Below are positions 25,240 to 38,369 of a DNA stretch of 64,000 bases, in pieces. A program made the translations under genes and the position numbers. How positions within the stretch are numbered: position 1 is the stretch's first letter; each line of letters opens with the position of its first letter. Origin of the DNA: Octopus sinensis (lineage: Eukaryota); NCBI RefSeq assembly GCF_006345805.1, contig NC_042999.1, positions 67,642,001 through 67,706,000 of the forward strand, written 5' to 3'. Under the pieces are notes generated by a model. It saw nothing but the letters and a program-made list of their open reading frames with translations, made no database searches and was not told where the DNA came from.

Positions 25240-26646
25240 TTAGAACAGTTTCTTAGACTCTGGGCAATATATAATTCAACTGATTTCATCGTTGATTTGA
25301 TGTATGAAACCTTTCCTAATCTTCTTCATAGTTACAACAAAACAGATTACATTGGTGACAGAGCTATCCTGGCTCCAAAAAATGTTCCTCTACATACCTA
25401 TTTCTTTACTCCCCACAAAGGGCTACACACAGAGGAGACAAACAAGGACAGAGAAATGGATTAAGTCGATTATATCAACCCCAGTGCATAACTGGTACTT
25501 ATTTAATTGACCTCAAAAGGATGAAAGGCAAAGTTGACCTCGGCAGAATTTGAACTCAGAACGGCAGACGAAATACCTATTTCTTTACTCCCCACAAGGG
25601 GCTACATACAGAGGGGACAAACAAGGACAGAGAAATGGATTAAGTCGATTATATTGACCCCAGTGCGTAACTGGTACTTATTTAATTGACCCCAAAAGGA
25701 TGAAAGGCAAAGTCGACCTCAGCAGAATTTGAACTCAGAACGTAACGGCAGACGATATACCACAAAGCATTTCGCCTGGCGCGCTAACGTTTCTGCCTGC
25801 TCGCCAGTATGGTATGTTATTAATGGTATGTTCCTCTACATACCATTAATAACATGCTATTGAATAAACTTCCAGAAGTCTTCATTTACAACTCAATTGA
25901 CAGTGTTGTTGATGATCAGGATAGTGTCAACAATCCCATCGAATTCTTTAACCCACTACAACCACCAGGTACAGCTCCTCATTGTCATCAGCTGCAAAAA
26001 GGACTCCTATTATATTAGTGCATAATTTGCCTCAACAAAAATTATGTGATGGTACAAGATTAATTGTTTGCAAACTTCATTGACCCAAACATTCTCACTG
26101 TTCGTAGTAAAGGCTTATGTACTACGAAATAAAACAAAAAAAAAACATTGTTCATAAAGAAATATTCACTCTTAATGCAACATGAATACTTCAGTAACTT
26201 CATTTACCATTACTATCATTATATTCAAGAATGACTAAATTACCTATTTCAATGGACTGTATTATATAATTTTCATTACTGTATTGATAAATAAAATAAC
26301 ACATACATCTCATTTATTATTATCATGTAATAAACAAACAGAATTTCATGTATAAAAATGATCTTTTTTCTGCTTCAATTATTAAATGCTTTTCTCTTAT
26401 AAAAATATTATATCTTTGCCATTACTGTATAGATAAATATAATACCACATACAACTCATTATTGTCATACCATAAATTAACACAAGTTTATATTGATCTT
26501 TTTTCTACTTAAATTATCACATGGTTTTCTCTTCTAAAAATATACACATACAGGAGGAGTAAATTATACATATAATAATACTTTCAATGTGTCTCCCAAT
26601 AAACAGTAAAAGTAATTAACCGATCAATGACGGGTTTTATTGCTAG
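25240..26646 (+). mobile_element. Helitron remnant (Pif1-like helicase fragments and 3' terminus)
   Basis: DLMYETFPNL..DRAILAPKNV, then after a SINE insertion INNMLLNKLPE..YNSIDSV..IEFL..QPPG..PH..LCDGTRLIV, which are Helitron helicase motifs. The 3' end has the imperfect hairpin AACCGATCAATGACGGGTT followed by CTAG|T at 26643-26647. Confidence 0.9.
25399..25805 (-). mobile_element. Head-to-tail dimer of SINE family A inserted in the Helitron
   Basis: 17-bp TSD ATGTTCCTCTACATACC at 25382-25398 and 25828-25844. Confidence 0.9.
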
Positions 26647-26688
26647 TATATATACTATATAGTATATAGTATATATACTATATACTAT

Positions 26689-26729
<41 letters not shown>

Positions 26730-27422
26730 GTTTACTTTCAGTTTTTGTCGACCAAATCCACTTGCAAGGCTTTGGTTGGCCTGAGGCTATAGTAGAAGAC
26801 ACTTACCCAAGGTGCCACACAGTGGGACTCAACCTGGAGCAATGTGATATTATATATAATGATGGTCTTCTTCCAGTTTTCAACTACTAAATCCACTCAC
26901 AAGACTTTGTTTGGCTCAAGGTTACTGTAGAAGAAGCTTGTCCAAGGTGCCAGCAACCAAATGAATATAGCTTTCAGAGTACAGCAGATGGAACCTCAAC
27001 AGTAAGATCAAACAAAAGAATGGTGAAGGTTTCAAACAACAAACTTCTATATTATTTTTTCTATGTTAATTAAATATTTGATAAAATTATTTACAACAGT
27101 AATTCTGCCTCTTAAAAGTAAATGAAATTGTTGCTGTTGTAATACAAACTAGAAGATCTAAGCTGTCCAAAGCTGAGCAGATTCCTTTCATCATCAACAT
27201 CATCAGCATCATCATCTACAGCAGCAGTGGTAGTCACTGCATTGTCATTTATCTTCCATCCTCCATGCTGACATAGACTGGCCAGTTGAACAGGATTCAA
27301 CAAGTCAGAGAACAGTATTGTGTTCCAGTGCCTACTTTGGTATGGTTTCTATGGCTAGAAGCTCTAACTGATACCGACCACTTTACAAAGTGGTCTGGAT
27401 GCTTTTTTTGTTTGTTGTTCAG

Positions 27423-27508
27423 GCAATTGTGAGTTCACCAAGTAACTTGCAAGACAAAAGAGCCTCTTTGATTGAGTGGGCACAGAGAGAAAGTTTGCTT
27501 TATGCCAG
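27423..27508 (+). CDS. Candidate internal exon of an unidentified plus-strand gene (AIVSSPSNLQDKRASLIEWAQRESLLYA, phase 0 to 2)
   Basis: Strong polypyrimidine/CAG acceptor, AG|GTATTG donor, and only one open frame. No homology recognised. Confidence 0.3.
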
Positions 27509-28387
27509 GTATTGAAAGGTTTGATAACAGTAGATGGACAGGAACAGGTGTTATGTTGTAATGAAGATAAGTGGCTATCCACAATATAAAAGAGTTAGGC
27601 AGTAGTCGGAAAGAGAGATAAAAATGATGGTGACAGATGCATAGCAGCACTTTTATAATTTTGATTACTGAAAACGAGCCTAAAAAAACAGAAAATTTAG
27701 AATGCAAATTCTGTGCAGCTTTTTCCTTATTATTCCTTAATTTAACATTTGAATTTCTAATCCCACCAAATATTATGAAGAAATGATTATCTCCCTTGTC
27801 CATCAAGGACAGACATGTTAAATGATATGTATGTATTATCATTAATTATAAATATTTTAATATTATATTATCAGGGATTCAGCTACTGTGTTATTGTTAT
27901 CATCAGCATTGTTTGAATAAGCTTAGGGTTATGGTCTTCTCCAGTGAAGTCTCTTGCCACTTGTAGTCCCTTATTTTCTTTGTCAGTATTTCAATAACAT
28001 ATTTGTATTGTCAGTGTTAAGAGACGTTCTTTCTCCCTTTTTGCAGACACTTTCTGAAGGAATTATTGAAGAAGTGTCATGACACACGCCATGTCTTATA
28101 CATTTCAACTTGACACAGTCCATTGGTCTCCAGGTGCGACCACAGCCAATTTTTCCAGAGAGAAAAGAATCAAACACAGCACTGAACTATTACTTAATTT
28201 ATCGATCTCAAAAGGATAAAAAGTAAAGCTGACCTCAGTGGGTTTTGAACTTGGAACACAAAGCTAGGCTGAATGCCACAAGACATTCTACTGGATGCTC
28301 AAACATATCTGCCAACTCATCATCTTTATTATGATACATGATTGGAATTTTAATAAAATAACCATGAGATAATATGTGTATACAATA

Positions 28388-28960
28388 GGGTAGCAAGCTG
28401 GCAGAATCGTTAACACGCCAGGTGAAATGCTTAGCGGTATTTCGTCTGCCGTTATGTTCTGAGTTCAAATTCTGCCGAGGTCGACTTTGCCTTTCATCCT
28501 TTTGGGGTCGATAAATTAAGTACCCGTTACGCACTGGGGTTGATGTAATCGACTTAATCCATTTGTCTGTCCTTGTTTGTCCCCTCTGTGTTTAACCCCT
28601 TGTGGGTAGTAAAGAAATAGGTATTTCATCGGCCACTACGTTCTGACTTTGAATTCCACTGAGGTCGACTTTGCCATTCATCCTTTTGGGGTCAATATAA
28701 TTGACTTAATCTGTTTGTCTGTCCTTATTTGTCCCCTCTGTGTGTAGCCTCTTGTGGACAATAAAGAAAGAAGAAACGTTAGCACGCCGGGTGAAATGCT
28801 TAGCAGTATTTTGTCTGTCTTTACGTTCTGAGTTCAAATTCCACCGAGGTCAACTTTGCCTTTCATCCTTTCAGGGTCAATAAGTTAAGTACCAGTTGCA
28901 TACTGAGGTTGATATAATCAACTGGCCCTGCCCACATTCAAAATTATGGGCCTTGTCTTA
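28388..28960 (+). mobile_element. Tandem array of three SINE family A units
   Basis: Junction AAAGAAATAG|GTATTTC at 28620 and a second junction near 28772. Confidence 0.85.
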
Positions 28961-29231
28961 GAGTAGAAAAGAATATATGTATACAATATAATAGTTCTAA
29001 TATAGCAACTCTTGTGTAAGGCAAAATCATTAGCACACTAGGTAAAATGCTTAGTGACATTTTGTTCATCTCTGTGATCTGAGTAAAAATTCTGCTGAGG
29101 TCGACTTCATCTTTCATCATTTCAGGGTCAATAAGATAAGCACCAGTTGAACACTAAGATTGCTGGCCTTGTGCCAAAATTTGAAATCAACATTATGACT
29201 AGCGTAGTTAAATGAATTTGAATTGTATTTT

Positions 29232-29885
29232 CATAGTTGATCAAATGTTTGGAATCTTACAAGAATTAGCTGATAAAATGTTTAAACATCTTAATCAGTT
29301 GATCAAAAGTTTAAATTGTCTTAAATGAATTAATTAATCAGGTGTTCACAATGTTTATCTCACAGGAATTAGTTGATCAAATGCTTAAATTGTTTGTTTC
29401 ACAGGAATATTTGATCAAATGTTTCAACATTTTGGCCTTACATGAATTGGTTTATGCAAATGCTTCAACTGTTTATCATACATGAATTATTCAATTGAAT
29501 GTCTGAACTTTTGAATTTGTTAATCAAATTTTCGAATTGTTTGTCTTACTTCGGTTAGTTGATCAAATGTTTAAGGAACTGCTTGTCATACTTGAACTAA
29601 TTAAGCAAATATTTGAACAGTCTGCCATACAGGAATGATTTGATGAAATGTTTGTATTCTTGGATTGGTTGATCAAATGTTTGAACTGCCTGTATTACAT
29701 AAATCAGTTGAGCAGATGTTTGAACTTTCAAATCCATTGATCAAATATTTTGAACTGTTTATTATACATCAATCAATCGACTAAATGTTTGAGCCAGCTG
29801 TCATACACAAATTAGTGGACCAAAAGTTTGATCAGTTGATCAAATGTTTGAATATTTTGTCTAACAAGAGTGAGTTGATCAAATC
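29232..29885. repeat. Degenerate ~38-39 bp minisatellite
   Basis: Recurring TTAGTTGATCAAATGTTTGAACTG, roughly 16 units. Confidence 0.85.
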
Positions 29886-30722
29886 TCTCTGAAGTAAACT
29901 GAAATATGTTAACCTGAATATAATTTACCTCAGTTTGGTCCATGCCACATTGTGAATATTTTCAATAGTTTAATAGAAGGAAAAGCAACATCCATGGCTC
30001 TTTTCATGGTCAGTGAGTCTGGTGGGAGAAAGAGAGGGTGTTATTCTTAGAGCACCTAGTACATTACTGGCAACAGAGTGTTATCTATTAATGGCATCCA
30101 AGGCTCAAAGAATGGTATTAATTGGGAGACAGATTAGGTGTAGAATTCAAAAACAGGCACAGCTCTTTCAATGAACTTTCATACAGTTTTTGTTGACCAA
30201 ATTTCATTTCACACACGAGGCTATGGTTGACCCAAGGCTATGATAAATGACATTTGCTCAAGGTTTCATGTGGCAGGATAATATCCCAAACCAAATCAGA
30301 AACACTTATTTATTTTTTTCAAATATATAATTCCTGGAATTATGTTACCCATTGCGATCTTTATAGCTGCTATTCATAACAGACTGAAAAGTCACATAGA
30401 AGCTATTTTGGTTGTAAACCTAGCTTACTGAGATATTATTATTGACCACATGTGCACAGTGAAAGTTAAGAAAAAAATATTTTTAAAAAATGTCTATCCC
30501 AAACATGTAACTCATCGTCATCATCATCATCATATAGCATGTTTTTCTTGTTGGCTTGGGTTGGATGGTTTGACAGGATCTGCTGTACTGCAGGGCAGTG
30601 ACAAGTGCCAATGTCAAATTTTGGTATGGTTTAAATGGCTGGATGTCCTTCCTAATGCCAACCACATTACAGATTGCACTGGGTGCTTTTTATGTGGCAC
30701 CAGCATTAGTGAGGTTACCATA

Positions 30723-31345
30723 TAAGATGTTTAAACATTTTATCAGCTAATTCTTGTAAGATTCCAAACATTTGATCAACTATGAAAATACAATTCAAAT
30801 TCATTTAACTACGCTAGTCATAATGTTGATTTCAAATTTTGGCACAAGGCCAGCAATCTTAGGTGAGAGGGTTAAGTCAACTACATGAACCCTAGTGTTC
30901 AACTGGTGCTTATCTTATTGACCCTGAAATGATGAAAGATGAAGTCGACCTCAGCAGAATTTTTACTCAGATCACAGAGATGAACAAAAATAAAATAACA
31001 CATACATCTCATTTATTATTATCATGTAATAAACAAACAGAATTTCATGTATAAAAATTATCTTTTTTCTGCTTCAATTATTAAATGCTTTTCTCTTATA
31101 AAAATATTATATCTTTGCCATTACTGTATAGATAAATATAATACCACATACAACTCATTATTGTCATACCATAATTTAACACAAGTTTATATTGATCTTT
31201 TTTCTACTTAAATTATCACATGGTTTTCTCTTCTAAAAATATACACATACAGGAGGAGTAAATTATACATATAATAATACTTTCAATGTGTCTCCCAATA
31301 AACAGTAAAAGTAATTAACCGATCAATGACGGGTTTTACTGCTAG
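30723..31345. repeat. Chimeric local duplication: inverted copy of 29060-29293 fused to a direct copy of the Helitron 3' end (26289-26646)
   Basis: Near-identical alignments by eye; A-run microhomology at 30987-30990; ends at CTAG|T. Confidence 0.9.
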
Positions 31346-31555
31346 TATATATATATATATATATATAAGACCACTCAAATGAGGGGTAGAGTAGTATTGA
31401 GGGAGGTGGTTTTATGGCAGGTGATAAAAATTAAAGCATGAAAGAGGGATAGGAACAAATGTCTTGGCAATAAATGCGGAAAAACTCACACAAAGAGTAT
31501 AAAGAAATTTGCAGAGGGTTGTGTATTCAACATTTTGAACATTGTCCTTTTTCAG

Positions 31556-31639
31556 ATTAAAAATGGCAGAAAGAGAAATAAAAGATAATGTACTTTTACA
31601 TCTTCTATGGGGTGGATGCAACAAGGGTGATGAAAGATA
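31556..31639 (+). CDS. Candidate exon (LKMAEREIKDNVLLHLLWGGCNKGDER, phase 2 to 2)
   Basis: TTGTCCTTTTTCAG acceptor, GTAAGA donor, 84 bp, single open frame. No homology recognised. Confidence 0.25.
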
Positions 31640-32439
31640 GTAAGACAAGTGGGCTGGAGTCAGTGGTGTAGCTAAGAGGGAAGCAAGAGGAGTGACCACT
31701 CCCTTCAAGCATATCTTTCAAAATTGGAGCCTTTTCAACAATTTTTTTTTTTAAAACTCTTTAGTTCACTTGTGTGATAAAAGTTGAATCTATTTTGTTT
31801 TTGTTAATCGCATGGCATTGGAAGAACTTTCTGGAGTCATCGTTATATTTGACCAACCTCCTGTGATTTTGAACTGTCTGCTCAATCTCCTGTGATGTGT
31901 TGGTGATTGCTAGCATCTGAAGAACAGAAACAAACCCCAACATTATAACCTCTAACCTCTCGACACTGGACAAACCCATGCAGTTTTTATCTTTTTCACA
32001 TCAGACTTATATCAGTTGTTGTAAGTTTCATACATAATGACATTGTTACTGAGACGTGAAATTAAAAGATGTAGGATACAATTTTGTAAATTATAACTAA
32101 TGAAGTATTTTGTGTAATATAAGAGAAATAAGTTAAAAATTGTTTAGTATGTGTCACTATGGCCTTTTTTTATGCTTGTTCCCACTAACTTTAGAACCTG
32201 GCTATGCATCTGGCTGGAGGAGATATGTGACTAGCCATTCTGAGGAACAGAGGTCATTATTGTGGCATAGTAGAAGAAAAGACAGAGAGAAGAGACAGCA
32301 TACCTGTGGTCTAGGAGTTAGAGCATGTCTTTCTTTTGTTTCCCCTCTTTTCAGCTTCAACCTGAAGAACCACTTGACGTGTTAGATTTTCCACTCTCTA
32401 TGGAAATTTCACTGGAATTTTTCAGCTGACTTTTCCATC

Positions 32440-32580
32440 AAGATGTCACACATCCAGTTCTACAGACCTGTGGTTATACTGCTGCAGAAAAGGATTGCAA
32501 GATAGATTTTTCAAGTTGAGCCAACTGGCAAGAGACCTAGGGGTAGACCAAGAGCAAGATGGTTAGATAATATTCATAGT
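32440..32580 (+). mobile_element. RTE-type LINE 3' fragment
   Basis: QVEPTGKRPRGRPRARWLDNIHS. Confidence 0.75.
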
Positions 32581-32780
32581 CACATTATTTACATTTGACG
32601 AATATTTGTCCTCATCTTGTTTGTCGTTAACACAACGTTTTGGCTGATATACCCTCCAGCCTTCTTCAGCTGTCCTGGGGAAATTTTGAACCTGGGTTCT
32701 CTTTCCTAAGATATTTTTGGAATTGAACTCGGAACCTTGGGGTTAGTAGCCCACACTCTTAACCACTACACAACATGCCC
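32581..32780 (-). mobile_element. SINE with tRNA-like head and PLE-like tail carrying a hammerhead-like motif
   Basis: Minus strand has an A box GTGTAGTGGTTAAG and a B box GAGTTCAATTCC, followed by CTGAAGAA-GGCTG(GAGGGTATAT)CAGCC-AAAACGTT. Confidence 0.65.
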
Positions 32781-33344
32781 ATGGACAATTATGGAGTGAA
32801 TTTTAGGGCTTATAAATCTAAATATAGAACTGAATTCATAGTCTCAGTAAACATTTTCGAATTCAACAGGAAAGTTTAGTGAGAATTGCTTCTGATGGGA
32901 TCCTATGGAGGAAGTGTTCGAGGACTCTACTCCTACAAAATCTTTATAGGCATAACAGGCAGCAAAAATGGATGGATGGATGGAAGCTACTTCTGGCATA
33001 GAAAAAAAAACCATGAATATTTTTGCCATCCATTCTTTGCCTTTAGAAATATGTTTAACCTTGCATCTGGTTACTCTATGTCCCTGAAAATGTAAAAAAT
33101 ACAGAGTCACACACATGCAGTATTATAATATGCTCAATTGATTGTCAATTGATATCTTTTTCTATCTTTTACTAGTTTCATCATTAGCCATTCCAGGGCC
33201 ACTCTGGGGTGCTGCTTTGAAAGTTTTTTAGTCAAATGAATCAATCACAGCACTTATTTTTTTTTCTTTAAAGCCTGGTATTTAGTCTATTGGTCTTTTT
33301 AGCCAAACCACTAAATTGTTGGGGCATGAACACACCAACACCAG

Positions 33345-33754
33345 TGGAGGTGCAATGGCCCAGTGGTTAGGGCAGCGGACTCGCGGTCAGAGGATCGCAG
33401 TTTCGATTTCCAGACCGAGCGTTGTGTGTGTTTATTGAGCGAAAACACCTAAAGTTCTACGAGGCTCTGGCAGGGGGTAGTGGCGACCCCTGTTGTACTC
33501 TTTCACTCCAACTTTCTCTCACTCTTTCTTCCTGTTTCTTGTCCCCAACTTCCTACACAACCGCTGAGCCTGGATGTGCATTCATCTATCTGTCGATGCT
33601 CTCGGTGACAGGGGTTGACCTGCTTTTCTTCTGCGGGTCTTACGAATAGCAAAGGACCACGTTTCGAACTTCTAAAGACAATCCTGAGGCGCGATCTTGC
33701 GAGCTCTGGGACTAAGACCGCTTCACTCAACAAACAAACAAACAAACAAACAAA
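33345..33754 (+). mobile_element. SINE family D, tail type 2, nested in a family B SINE
   Basis: 14-bp TSD ACACCAACACCAGT at 33332-33345 and 33755-33768; (CAAA)n tail. Confidence 0.9.
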
Positions 33755-33882
33755 ACACCAACACCAGTTGTGGTGGAGGAAAAACACAGATACAAAGACA
33801 CACACACATGCACACATACATGTGATGGGCTTCTTACAGCCTCTATCTACCAAATGCATGCACAAAGCTTTGGTCAGCTTAA

Positions 33883-34102
33883 CCCTTTCGTTACTGTATT
33901 TCTGTTGAGATGCTCTATGTATCTTTCAATTACTTTAAATATAACAACGAATTTAGTGAAATAACTTGGTTATCATTAAGCTAGTGTTGGGAACATAAAT
34001 TGTGAATAAGGTTTGGTGGAAAATTTTAATACAAAACTTATGAAAACAAGACATTAGTACTCAGAGCCAGAGCTGGTTTCAGTCGAGTTGGTAATGAAAG
34101 GG
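33883..34102. mobile_element. piggyBac-type MITE family 1
   Basis: TTAA TSD, CCCTTTCG..GAAAGGG ends. Confidence 0.85.
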
Positions 34103-34554
34103 TTAAGGCTAGAATAGAAAACACTTGTTCAAGGTGCCACACGATAGAGCTAAACCTAGAACCATCTGGTTGTGAAGAAAAACCTTCTTACCACACATCC
34201 ACGCCTGCACCTATAATAAACATTTCATATATACAACAATAACATAAAACCAAAGCAAAGAAAAAATTAAAAAAGAAAACAAAACACATTTTGGCAAACT
34301 TTAATGCCATTAAAAAAAAATATAACTGATAGTTTACAATGAATGTTTCGGAATCATTATTAATATTGTTATTATTATTATTATTTTTAAAAATTTTTAT
34401 AGTATTAATTTTTCTATCATTTTTACATCAACATTTCCATATTAACATAGAGGAGAGGAGATGATTTGTTTTGCATTTTTTGTGGCTTTTTTTTTTCAAG
34501 TTTTTATTTTTTAATATTTTTATTATTATCATTATCGTTATTATTCATTATCAG

Positions 34555-34650
34555 ATTTTAATATTTGCATATGAATTGTTGGAGCAAGTTATTTTACAAA
34601 TAGATGTCCTTTCTTATAATAACAAACTGTTCAGATGTGAAGGTGGGAAG
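34555..34650 (+). CDS. Candidate exon (ILIFAYELLEQVILQIDVLSYNNKLFRCEGGK, phase 0 to 0)
   Basis: TCAG acceptor, AAG|GTAATA donor, 96 bp, single open frame. No homology recognised. Confidence 0.2.
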
Positions 34651-35039
34651 GTAATAACTAGTCTCTATTCTTTTTCTTTAGCTGAGACAAGCAAAGTAGC
34701 TAATTATGTATAAGAATATATATATATATATATATATGTATTCATTCAAAGCTGATGGTTCACTCCATTGCTGCTTAGAGATTCTCACTGTGTGCGATCC
34801 TTCAGGTGACGAAAAAAAATGAATATATATGTATATATATAGATCCCATGCTTGAAAAGCAGTAAGGGTTAGTGACAGGAAGGGCATCCAGCTGTAAAAA
34901 CAATGCCTCAATAATATATATCCATATAACCCATGCTAACATGGGAAAAAATGGATGTAAAAACAATCAAATGAACAATTGTGTGTATACATATACATAT
35001 ATAATATATATATATATAATATTTATATATATATTATAT

Positions 35040-35087
<48 letters not shown>

Positions 35088-37327
35088 CTTGTAAAAGAAT
35101 ATAGGGGTTAAGGACCTCAAGAGAGAGAGAGAGAGTGAGAGAATGTGGTCCCAATAATTGAAGTATCAACATTTCTACCTTATTGGGTTTCATCAGCTTC
35201 AGTATAATCAAGAACACATGGTCTCAATTCAGAATATATATACAATATAGAGATATCATATAGATATCATACAATATGTAGCTGTCATATACAATATGCC
35301 AAAAATAGCATCTTAGAGTTATAAGAACAACCGATATAAATATTTTGAATATTTTCAGATGAATTGGTGGCGCAGTGTATAACCATCCTGTCAGTATTTA
35401 TCATATGATGGTGAAAGTTTAAAATAAGGATGTGACAATAACTACACAATATTCCATAGTCTTTGGTCTTTTATAATGTAACTGTTGTATTATGTTTAAA
35501 CTAAGGAATGAATTCCTCAGTTATTGCAAAGCCAACAACTAGCGATAGTCTCTTAAATTGGCCAACAAAATTACATTATAAGAGATGGGAAATGGGATTA
35601 TGTGATGTTCATGCTTTTCTGCCAAGCATGAGTGAATGAAGAACAATGGCTATAAAAGATAAGACATAGATATGCTCAGCTTAGTGGGAACTTACCATTT
35701 TCACATTACGATATTTACCACTTGAATTCCTATATCTGATCAATCAGACGGTTTTAATAAAGTGTAGCAATGTGTTAGAATTGGTAAAGATTAACATGAT
35801 AATAAAGATCTATAAGTTGTACTGATTATCAGATAATGAAATGAAATTTAGGCACAAAGCCAGGAATTTTAAAGGGGAGAGTTTAGTCAATTACACTGAC
35901 ACCAGTATACAACTGGTACTCATTATTTTATCAAGGATGAAAGGCCAAGTCAACCTTGGCAGAATTTGAATTCGGAATGTAAAGAGCTGTAAAAAATGCT
36001 GCAAGTGTTTTCTCCGATATGCTAACAATTCTGCCAGCTTGGTGCTTCAGTACTGGTTATCATATGATACCAAGTTGGGACTCACAAAAATTTACCAAAG
36101 TTGAATTAAGTAAAATTCTTCAATGGTGCCAATGAAATAGAGATGAGTAAGGCTTATTACATAGTAAACCATAGTGCCAAAAAAAGGGGAGACTGTCATA
36201 GGTACTAAAGAATTCAAAGCTACCATAATACCAGGATTTAAAAACCAACAAGGGGTACATAGTGCCAAGAAATAAAGATGGTGATTTCCTATACAGAATC
36301 AAATGACATTGACCAGCAAAAATTTACAAGACATAAGGACAAATGAATAGTAATGACCTCTAAGTGGTCAAGGGCACACACTGTTAAAGGTCAAAAGTTG
36401 GCATAAGTAACCACATATTAAGGATTGGCAATAAAGAGTCAAATCCTGATAGTTGTTCTTTAGCCCTCCAAGAAGGAAGGGTCAGCAGCATTTAACAACA
36501 ATTATAAACAAGCAGAAATGGTAATAAAGGGGCAGACCACTGAGGGGTACAATTCCTTATATGAAGGGCTATCAGTTCAACAAAGTGTATATGGTAATAC
36601 TAAGTAAGTGCTTTAGTATTGTTATCAATATTTAATAACATTTTGTCTGTGTGTATGACATATTTGTATAGTGTTTTTACCATTAGTCTCAATGTTGCAA
36701 GCAACAACCTATACATACATAATATATATGTATATATAATGTCTTCACATCAGAGTATTGTGACACATATTTTATTCTTTACACCAATAAATATGACAGT
36801 CTTGTGCATATAACTTTGTCTTACCACTAGTACATGTAGTGTGTATGTAGTTCAGCTTTCTACCAATAAAAAATGATAGAGTGTATATATATATATATAT
36901 ACATAGCCACTCATATCAATATATGTGATGGCATGAGTGTGTATGTTTAATCCTTCACATCAATACACACAAAACTGTACTGTGTGTATATATTTCAGCC
37001 TTCCCAGTTACACATGTATGTATACAGCACTTCTATTATCATCTTTCTGCTGATATATCCAAAATGTTGGATGTATATTTTTAAGCTTTTGCACAAATAT
37101 ATCTGACACTGAATGTACATTTTAACCTTCCCAGTAATAGACAGAGAGTATATAATAGCTGTCATACGGTACATTGAACACCACATGAATATTATAGCCT
37201 TTCCACCAAAATATATATACACATACATCGTGTGTATAAATTAACAATACAAAATATATGACATTATATGTATAATCTACACAGTATGTAGTTTCGACTT
37301 CACATAATTACAGTGTATGTATATATA

Positions 37328-37358
<31 letters not shown>

Positions 37359-37399
37359 CATCATGTGTATATCTTTATCTTTGATACAAATAGCATTGT

Positions 37400-37836
37400 G
37401 TATAGATTTCAATCTTGATGCTAATACACATGCTTGTGTGTATATTTTAGCCCCAATATCAATACATTGAGTATATATTTTAGCATTAGCAATAATACGA
37501 GACACAGTGTGTATATTTTTAGTCTTCCAAGCAATACATGTACACTGCGTGTATATAACTCAACATACCTGATAATACATGCAGCATAGTGTGTATAGTA
37601 ATAGTCTTCCAGCAATAAATATACATTGGGTGTATATTTTAGCATTTACAATAATACACAATGCATTGTGTATACTTTTAGCTATCTTAGTAATATATAT
37701 ATATATATATATGCATTGTGTGTGTATATATACATTGTGTGTGTGTGTATATATATATATATATACATACATAGTGTATATTTTAGCATTAACAATGTTA
37801 TACATGACACTGTGTGTATATTTTCATTCTTATCTG

Positions 37837-37870
<34 letters not shown>

Positions 37871-38215
37871 TGTGTATATTTTAGCATTTACAGTAATACA
37901 CGATGCATTGTGTATATTTTTAGGTTTCTCAGCAATATATATATATATATATATACATACATACTTACATTGTGTATGTACATATACATTGTGTGTGTGT
38001 GTGTATATATACATACACACATAGTGTATATTCTAGCATTAACAATGATATACATGACACTGTGTATATTTTCATTCTCATCTGCAATATATACATTGTG
38101 TATTATATACAGAGTGTATATTTTAGTCTTCCCAGCAATACATATACATTGAGTGTGTATTTTGGCTCTCCCACCAATATATAGACATTGTGTATATTTT
38201 GACCTCTGCACCATT
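37400..38215. repeat. Degenerate ~40 bp minisatellite with (TA)n expansions
   Basis: Recurring CATTGTGTATATTTTAGC, plus a higher-order duplicated block. Confidence 0.85.
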
Positions 38216-38338
38216 ATATATGAAACAGTATGTGTGTGTATGTGTGTGTGCGTGCAGATATATGTATGTATGTATTTTATGAGTTCACTTCAGCATAACA
38301 ATGTCATTAACTAATTGTTAGAACTCATATATATATAT

Positions 38339-38369
<31 letters not shown>

